A DNA stretch of 63,262 bases, the filler included, from Octopus bimaculoides (Eukaryota): NCBI RefSeq assembly GCF_001194135.2. It is 7 parts of 7 records of this genome, joined end to end, with 100 filler letters (N's around TTAATTAATTAA, not from the genome) between each part and the next. Parts side by side here need not be neighbours in the genome. Positions count along the whole stretch, not along the records: positions 53,008 to 58,540 come from NC_068987.1; positions 58,641 to 59,786 come from NW_026405033.1; positions 59,887 to 61,267 come from NC_068993.1; positions 61,368 to 63,262 come from NC_068991.1; 3 more parts are not named here. One strand, 5' to 3'. Below, one piece after another: positions 54,681 through 63,262 of the stretch (the first letter of the stretch is position 1; every line of letters starts with the position of its first letter). The notes beneath the pieces were generated by a model that was not told where the DNA came from, did not search any database, and worked only from the letters and a program-made list of their open reading frames with translations. The translations under genes were made by a program, and so were the position numbers.

Positions 54681-57600
54681 GCTCACCGCCGTTGATACTG
54701 CGAATAATAATCTTTTTTTTTTCCATTCTTCATAGGAATTTGTACTTTAAGTACACTAACTATTTTCCGGCAACTAATGATCTGGTGTTTCTTTTGAAAT
54801 TGTCGTGATTATGTTTGGACACTCAAGTTTGCTGCAAACTTCAGTATTAATTCCTTTTTGCCAAACCTTTACGATATACGTTTATTTATTCACTAGTATC
54901 ATTCATATTAGTATCCACAAATATGATACTAGTTAATACGCAAATATATCATGGTGGGAACAATCTCCCGACACCTAACTATATAAAGACGCATGTGTTT
55001 AAAACTACATTTAACATCACTGCTAATGCTCTAAAGACCCTTTCTTGGGAAAAGCAAATTAATTGATAACTTACGTTCACTAAGGAGAATTCAAATCCCC
55101 ATTATAAAAGAAGAAACAGGATATATATGTCTTTCACAGTTAGATTTCAAGAGAGGTCTGAAAAGACTCTGTGGGTAGGATGTTAGCTTATGGTAATCCA
55201 TACTGTTTTGAATATTTGCGCTCTCATATTACAGTTGAAAGGTTTGAAGGATGTTTTCAGCTATATATTTCTAGTGAATATAGGAAGGGCATCGTGAAGA
55301 TTTATTCACGAATAAGTTAAATGACGAGGCCAGTAGCCTTCTATAAACTTAATCAGAATTACTGTTATGCGACCGCCTTTAATCTTGCATAAAAGATATA
55401 TGCAGCAGGAGTCTAGAATTAAGGACGCCGGAAAACTAGTCTGTAAATCTATATGGGTTTTATATATTTTATACATTTGTAAAAGTACTTCTGCTTGCAA
55501 ATAATAATAAAGTGGTCGCTCATACGCCACGGATCATGCGTGCACGTTTGAGCGTGTGCTTGTGTGCATTTGCGTTTGTGTGCTTATTCTCGCGTTGTTT
55601 GTGCGTGTGGGAGTGCATAAGTACATCTGTATGTATATGTTTGTCCAGATAAGGTAAAGTGTTACCTCGAGTACATACCATTACGTCATAAAATACTTTA
55701 AAAGCAGTGCTCCTACTGACCACAATCAATAAGTGAAACCCCAAAATTTTAAAAGAATAAAATTAGCGATTCATCAGATTCTTACTCAACTTTTGAGTTA
55801 ATGTAGAAATATAATATAATATATGGATTTGATATCCTTTCTACTTAGTATTCCACTTACTCCTTTCAGTATATTAGTGGAACTTATCAAATGTGAAGGT
55901 CGGAAGTTAAATTTGCCTGAATTTACAACTCAGAAAGCAGAGTCGTGACATTAAATTCTATGAAGTATTTCCTTTCATGTTATACAGTTTCAGTAAACAA
56001 GTTGATTATGGCAAATATAAAATCATATTTTCGTCAAATTGTCGAGTGTATGAGCGCTTTCTCTTATTTGAATAAAATTCTGTTGAACATTTTTACCATG
56101 TGCTAATTTCATTGCTAAATCGAATCACGCTTGGAAATGAAAGCTTCATTGTCATAGGTCTCCATTATGCAAATTAATTTTCTATCTTCGGATTAGGCTT
56201 GTTTCCTTCGCAATTGAATTATCTTACCTTCATCCTTCCTGAGTTTTATTCATTGCTTGGTTATAATCTTCACTTTTCTACTGTATTTTGTTAAGAATTC
56301 AAGATAACCTTATTTGGTGCATCAAACTCCAACCTCTAGAATGCTTGGTCATGATTGTAATATCACGTCAAGCACAAGGCAATACAACACATAGCACTCA
56401 CAGAAAACTGTCGTATGTTACTGCATACAAGTGAAATTTTTCAAACTAAAATTTACAACCAAAAATGATGGGTTGACTTGTACAGCAAGACGATTTTGGA
56501 AGACAAAATATTCCTACACGATATACTACGTCAACTTTTATGCCGGAAAATATAATAATTGAATACCATCATCCACCAAGAAATATGTGCTAAGACGTGC
56601 ATCACCAGTGACAAATACAGAGGAAGAGAACTTGTCTCTCTCTGAAATACTCCACCACATTCTCCGCCATTGTAGTCACTACAAGCTCCTTCATTGTTGC
56701 ATGAATTGCTGATAACAACAGCTAAGCGACAAAATGCATGGAACATGGCTAATATGACACTAATCAACAAGTCAACTTCACGTATTTAGCGCGCCAAAAC
56801 GAAGACTTTTGAAATATAACCCCAAATGTAATTGGTAGAACTATATACAAGTTCAATCTCATGCGGATGTCTCGTGTATAGTTTTCTGCAAATTATATTG
56901 CGAAGACGATCATACTGAAGAGTTGCAGAAATTACCAAAGTAATTACGTAAGTAGTAGACAACGAAACCGGTCTATGATTAATTCTTCATATTATGTATC
57001 TTTTCATTTGTCTTGCTCGCTTACGTTCTAGTGTTTGCTGAATCTTCTTGAGAACAATCTTTTCTTAGTGGTNNNNNNNNNNNNNNNNNNNNNNNNNNNN
57101 NNNNNNNNNNNNNNNNNNNNNNNNNNNNNNNNNNNNNNNNNNNNNNNNNNNNNNNNNNNNNNNNNNNNNNNNNNNNNNNNNNNNNNNNNNNNNNNNNNNN
57201 NNNNNNNNNNNNNNNNNNNNNNNNNNNNNNNNNNNNNNNNNNNNNNNNNNNNNNNNNNNNNNNNNNNNNNNNNNNNNNNNNNNNNNNNNNNNNNNNNNNN
57301 NNNNNNNNNNNNNNNNNNNNNNNNNNNNNNNNNNNNNNNNNNNNNNNNNNNNNNNNNNNNNNNNNNNNNNNNNNNNNNNNNNNNNNNNNNNNNNNNNNNN
57401 NNNNNNNNNNNNNNNNNNNNNNNNNNNNNNNNNNNNCACGGTGGGTGACGAGGCTTCTCGAATGTTCGAATAAAAATACTAGACTTATGAAATGGAGTAG
57501 ATAAGATCCGGGCTACATATGTTTCATAGCGAGTGGAATCTCAGAAGTGGTAAATATCCAGTGTGTATGTGCGTGCATGTATGTATGCATGCATGCATGC

Positions 57601-58289
57601 AAGCAAGCATGTACGTATGCATGCATACATATACAAGTTTCTGCCTTTTCTCTATTTCCATCTCCTTGTCTCTGCCTCTTTCTTGAGCTGTTGCAATTAG
57701 CTGCTAAATATTGCTTAGCTTACATCTTACCGTCTTAAAATAAAGAGTAAATAAGCATTGTTAACGGCAGAATAAACAAGCTGGAATGGTTTTCATCATC
57801 TGCCTGTTTTATCTATCCCATGTGGTATTAAACATCCACAGAAAAAAACAATAGGATAATTTGCAATATATTTCTCTTTCATATAAAATGAAAAGAAAAA
57901 GAAAACATTTATCTAATCACGCTCTAAATTAATTGTCTTGTTAATATCATATAAATGTATACCATCTAATGTGAAGCTATATGGAAGTAAATACGACCTG
58001 TCACAAGCAGAGGTTCAAAATGTAGTTATTACGCTGGTTTTAGCAGCATGGTGGTACAATGTTATACCAAAATATGGTAATGTAATTTATGAACGACCAC
58101 CAGCAAACAAATTAAAGTTATTACAAAAATAAAACTTAATCCAAATTACGTGGAATAAGTGTTATATCAGTACATTCAACTTAGAGGTGAGCAATGATTA
58201 TATAAATTGTTATACTGAATATACTGGGTAGTCAGATAAATTCGTTCGCTTTTGTTTTTTTTTGGTTTTTATGTTCTTTTGTCTTTTAT

Positions 58290-58510
58290 CTTTTACTTTT
58301 TGCAGTCATTAGACTGCAACCATGCTGGGGCGCCGCCTCGAAGAATGTTGTAGTCGAATGAATCGACTTCTGTCCTTATTTTCTTTTTAAGACCTGGTAT
58401 TTTTGCTATCGGGCTATTTTGCCGAACCGCTAAGGCACTGAGATGTAAACACATCAGCACGTATTGTCTAGCGTTGTGGAGGGGAAACAAAAACACAGGC
58501 AAAAATACAC
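58290..58510. mobile_element. Interspersed repeat family E (partial relatives at ~23560-23640 and ~36250-36360)
   Basis: CAGTCATTAGACTGC..CCATGCTGGGGC.CCGCC shared between copies. Confidence 0.6.
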
Positions 58511-59340
58511 ACACACACGCGCATATATATATAACGGACTNNNNNNNNNNNNNNNNNNNNNNNNNNNNNNNNNNNNNNNNNNNNTTAATTAATTAANNNN
58601 NNNNNNNNNNNNNNNNNNNNNNNNNNNNNNNNNNNNNNNNGCAGTCTAATGACTGAGCCAAGATAAACGATAAAAAAAAAGAGATGTAGTAAAGCAGGTT
58701 TCGTTCTACCACACTCAATTTGAGGCGAAAACGACTATTTTTGTTAGTTTTATTATTATTCCAAACATGTACTTATTAATTAGGTTGAAATGAAAAGCAA
58801 TCTAAGGAAAAGAGGCTGTATTGTAGTTCGTTTCAATTAACTTTAATCAAACATGTTAAATGATTTGATCGTTTGATAAACCACAAATTACTGGGAGAAT
58901 TCTTTAGCCATTCCTTTTTCTTTTATTTTAATGAACACTGGTTGTTAGTCGAAGCTAATTATAAATGAGTTTGGAGATATTGTCTAAATGTTTCTTAATG
59001 GCCGACGGGACACCAGCAACAACGTAAACAGATTGTGGTTAGGAGCCAGTAAGATAAGTCTTTCTACCTGGTTGATCTACTTACTGGAAATAGCCGTCGA
59101 ATCACCAGCGAAACATATCCAGTCGTCTTAAAGGAGGAAGGACTTATTGAATAATGTAAGCTAATGTATAGATGTATAATAAAAGATACAATATAAGCCA
59201 AGAAATAGATATATGATAAAAAAAAAAATAGACGAAGCAGCTAGTCATTGCTAGAATATTTTAACTGAGGATAAATGACAAGAACGATATATGTGACTGT
59301 ATGTGGATTTGTATATATGATATATATGTGTATGAATGTG

Positions 59341-59463
<123 letters not shown>

Positions 59464-59974
59464 CGAAATCTGATGGTGTTTAAATGAATACAATGTTGGT
59501 AAATATAGGATATTAGCAACTTCTATTGTTTAAATGTACAGAACAATGTATGCTATTTATTACGATATTACTAACACATAGGTAACTGTTCATTTAGTTT
59601 TTAAAATAATGTCATCCAAATTTTCCCATTGTTTCACCCACGTACTTGTAACCTAACCTAGAAGTCCTACATTACTCATTACATCATGTCTTGAGAAACT
59701 GCCGAAGTTTCCTTTCTTACTCATAACAGGTTTCAGTTTATACGGGTTTTGACATACATTTTCCCCTTCAGAGGGCATCAAGGCAANNNNNNNNNNNNNN
59801 NNNNNNNNNNNNNNNNNNNNNNNNNNNNNNTTAATTAATTAANNNNNNNNNNNNNNNNNNNNNNNNNNNNNNNNNNNNNNNNNNNNTGGATTGTATGAAT
59901 ATCATATGTAAAATTATGAATACATATATGTATGTATGTATATATGCATATGCACTCACATATCTATACGTATT

Positions 59975-60270
59975 TTATATATGTATATATACAGAGAGAG
60001 AGAGAGAGAGAATGAGGGGTAAAGAGAGAGAGAGGAAGAGTGAGGAAAAGAGAGCAACAGATAGATAGATAGATAGATACATACATACATACATACATAC
60101 ATACATACATACGTACGTACGGACATACATACGTACATACATACATACATACGTACGGACATACATACGTACATAAATACATACATGCATGCATACATAC
60201 ATACATACATACATACATACATACATACATACATACATACATACATACATACATGCTTACATACATACAT
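59975..60270. repeat. Compound (GA)n/(GATA)n/(CATA)n microsatellite; similar tracts at 8965-9046, 21310-21570, 30378-30455, 31640-31960 and 59340-59462
   Basis: Direct reading. Confidence 0.97.
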
Positions 60271-60563
60271 GACACAGTTACAATTCTGAATATCAAATAT
60301 AAATAGTCATAAACTAAATGAAGACAGAAATTATTTAATATAAGTGTCTATAGCATTACCTCTTGAAGAACCCTCCAGTTTGTTCAAAGTTAAAATCGGC
60401 TATTGATTCTACTTGAGATATGACTTTCGTTTTCTAGGAATGTGAGCGTTCAAATGACGTAACAATCTTTTTGAAGCTATTATATATTGTGACGTTTTCG
60501 CTGCAACAGCCAATCACGTCTCAGGAAACAATCCCATTGAAATAGACTCATAAAATCATTTTC

Positions 60564-60619
<56 letters not shown>

Positions 60620-60975
60620 GTGCGTGCGTGTGTGTGTATGTGTGTGAATGAGAGAGAGAGTATATGTGTGTTTGCTTGTTCGTTTGTGTGCGTTTGTGTA
60701 TGTATGTATGAATGTGTAAACAACACTTTAGGAAGTTGGGATTAAGAAAGACAGATGTTAGGTTCGACTTTCGTAAGGGGCAACGCGTTGTATCCTTGAA
60801 CATTTTAACATGGATGACATTTGCAAATAGATGCTATTTGTAGACGTGCGTTACCTCTCCCGCGTTGCGTTCAGAACAATGTTTTCTACTCACAAATATC
60901 TTAAGATTGCCTTGAAAACCCACTAGTGCCACAATTTCACGATACTAAAAACATGTGCACGTTTGAGTGTACAGA

Positions 60976-61027
<52 letters not shown>

Positions 61028-61369
61028 AATATAAAATTATAATTAAGGGTATCTAAGAGATACCATCATACTAGAAATAACAGTCAAAACTTGACTCTAA
61101 AGCCACATCAAATATTCATACAGAACCAGGAGTTTGTCAAAGAGACAAAATAAATTACCAAAAAATTATTGGAATTATCCAATAAGTTTTTGCTGGTTTA
61201 TTTTATCTCTTTTGATGTATTTCAGCAAGGGATGTCTAGGAAATTGCTTAGCACTAGGTTTTTGTAGNNNNNNNNNNNNNNNNNNNNNNNNNNNNNNNNN
61301 NNNNNNNNNNNTTAATTAATTAANNNNNNNNNNNNNNNNNNNNNNNNNNNNNNNNNNNNNNNNNNNNAG

Positions 61370-61700
61370 GTGCCGTCCACTGCATCTCACGTAAGAACAA
61401 GATACTGCAGCAGCCTCGGTTTCAGAGGACTTCAGCCCTTCAATGCCCTGCCAAAACATTTGAGAGACCTGCAAGACACGGATGTGGAGGTCTTCAAGAC
61501 AAAACTCGACGCTTTCCTCTCCACGATACCAGACGAACCAATGGCTCGAAATGAGACACAGTTTAGGGCAGCGATGTCAAATTCTCTTATACACCAGATG
61601 TGCCATCAAAACTCTTGATTGGACTATATCAGGTGCAGGAGAAGAGCCATGCAAGGAACGTGAAGAGAGCAAAGCATAAAGACAGAAAATCACGGTGGTG
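61370..61700 (+). mobile_element. CR1-like LINE 3' end
   Basis: FNALPKHLRD..VEVFKTKLDAFLSTIPDEP..RAAMSNSLIHQ followed by a short UTR. Confidence 0.8.
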
Positions 61701-61757
61701 CTCCAGCCACTTGGCTGAAACCCATAAATAAATAAATATACATATAAAGATATATAT

Positions 61758-61912
61758 AAGACTTCTTTCAGTTTCCGTCTACCAAATCCACTCACAAGGC
61801 TTTAGTCGGCCCGAGGCTATAGTAGAAGACACTTGCCCAAGGTGCCACGCAGTGGAACTGAATCTGGAGCCATGTGGCTGGGAAGCAAGCTTCTGATCAC
61901 TCAGCTACTCCT
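61758..61912 (-). mobile_element. SINE family D (partial relatives at ~49752 and ~51420)
   Basis: GTAGCTGAGTGATCAGAAGCTTGCTTCCC..CACCTTGGGCAAGTGTCTTCTACTATAGCC..GGATTTGGTAGACGGAAACTG. Confidence 0.8.
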
Positions 61913-62064
61913 TCGTCTGTATTCAACAATACTTAACATCTAAGTGACAACTTGTGGAAAGAGACTCCGTGAGACTTTTGGTAACAGGATGCTGTCTGCC
62001 CACGCAGAATTAACCAGAACAAGTAATATCGAAAGCTCTGAGAAATAAAATACACTACTACTAT

Positions 62065-62123
<59 letters not shown>

Positions 62124-62149
62124 ATAATAATAATAATAATAATAATAAG

Positions 62150-62671
62150 CATATGATCTGAAGCAGTACCAGGTAGTGGCTTTGATATCTTATCCTAACT
62201 GATTAGTGTTATCATGTACATTGTTTTGCCTTGATATAAAAGATAGGCTACAGCAAATATTCTGCTCATTACCACAAATTTGCTTGTCAGTTGTTCGACT
62301 TTAATCAGCTGAGCATGTCCCTGTCATGATAGGTGCATCTCTGAACACGAGTAGAAGTAGTGGGGAGCATCATAGCCATGTGTTGAGAAGAAGCCTTTGG
62401 GGTTTGAATAATTCACCTTTGGAAACATGGGTGTTTCGTTCAACATCTTTAAACAATCCTTATTCAGAGACCTTTTGAGCGGGATGGGCTACCCGACCTG
62501 AAGAAAATTCTAACAGGGCCACATCTGCAAGGTCATGCGCTGTTTATCTTGATTGTGAGGCATGTGCCCGGTGTACCCTTATCAGACGTGTAGTCATGAT
62601 GAGTATACTGGGTTTCGTATATTTTTACCCCAGTGTCACTTTGATTGCATACACTATTCTCTCACTCACTC
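62150..62671 (+). mobile_element. ~500 bp TAA-embedded non-coding repeat, second long copy
   Basis: Colinear with 13615-14136; preceded by (CTA)n(TAA)n and followed by (TAA)n. Confidence 0.85.
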
Positions 62672-62700
62672 AATAATAATAATAATAATAATAATAATAA

Positions 62701-62905
62701 TCTTTTCAACTATAAGTACAAGGTCTGAAGTTTTGCGGGGGAGGACTAGTCGATTACGTCGATCTCAGTATTTGACTGGTACTTATTGTATCGACTCCCG
62801 AAAGAATGCAAGGCTAAGTCGATCTGTTTGGAATTTGTACTCAGGATGTAAAGGCGGACAAAATGCCGCTAAGCATTTCATCCGTCTTTGATAATTCCGC
62901 TAAGC
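62701..62905 (-). mobile_element. SINE family A, tail-to-tail with the 500 bp repeat
   Basis: TAGTCGATTAC.TCGA..CTGGTACTTATT..TCGAC.CCCGAAAG..AATGCCGCTAAGCATTT. Confidence 0.7.
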
Positions 62906-63044
62906 ATTATGTTCAGGACTCTGTGATGGAGGATACTGAGTGTTTGTTGCGGTTGAGTTTAACAGCTTGTTGTTGGTCTCTGTCAATTAAAAAATGCTTG
63001 TGGTGGTTGTTGTGCATGCTATTACTGCTGTTCTTCGCACTAGC

Positions 63045-63262
63045 GATGGTGAATAATTCACCTCTATAAAAATGGGTGTTTCGTTCATCATCTTTAAACA
63101 ACCCTTATTCAGAGACTTTTTGAGCGGCTACTCAACTTGAATAAAATTCTATCTGGGTCCCACTTGCAAGGTCATGTACTGTTTATCTTGGTACGGGATC
63201 ACCATTTCGTGCACATATTTTTATGATGCATATTTATCATGGTGGGTATATTGGACTTCGTA
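63045..63262 (+). mobile_element. Third + strand, 5'-truncated copy of the 500 bp repeat (runs off the window)
   Basis: TGAATAATTCACC..GGGTGTTTCGTTCA.CATCTTTAAACAACCCTTATTCAGAGAC..GCAAGGTCATG. Confidence 0.8.

Overview
This is AT-rich, microsatellite- and repeat-dense animal genomic DNA with many assembly gaps. The SINE and repeat families resemble those I recall from Octopus (coleoid cephalopod); this is recognition, not a database check. There is no prokaryotic content. The main host feature is one + strand multi-exon gene of the M13 (neprilysin/ECE) family, invisible as a single ORF. I located 13 exons between 10346 and 39329, and their splice phases chain into one frame if one atypical donor is accepted. 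The protein is very divergent. The NAFY substrate motif reads EAVY, and the exon where HExxH should lie reads ANYKYIG-ETSSVYHR-GFF with no zinc ligands, so it looks like a catalytically dead pseudo-peptidase or a decaying paralogue. The C-terminal exons were not found. The rest is decayed mobile DNA: a stack of R4/Dong-type LINE 3' ends separated by (TAA)n, a ~500 bp non-coding TAA-embedded repeat, five mariner remnants (one foldback, one interrupted by a SINE with an 11-bp TSD), a Ty3/gypsy pol remnant, Tx1/CR1/RTE/Penelope-like scraps and several modular tRNA-derived SINE families. Three long inverted repeats are present. Six 100-bp gaps carry an artificial TTAATTAATTAA marker. Coordinates of decayed elements are approximate.
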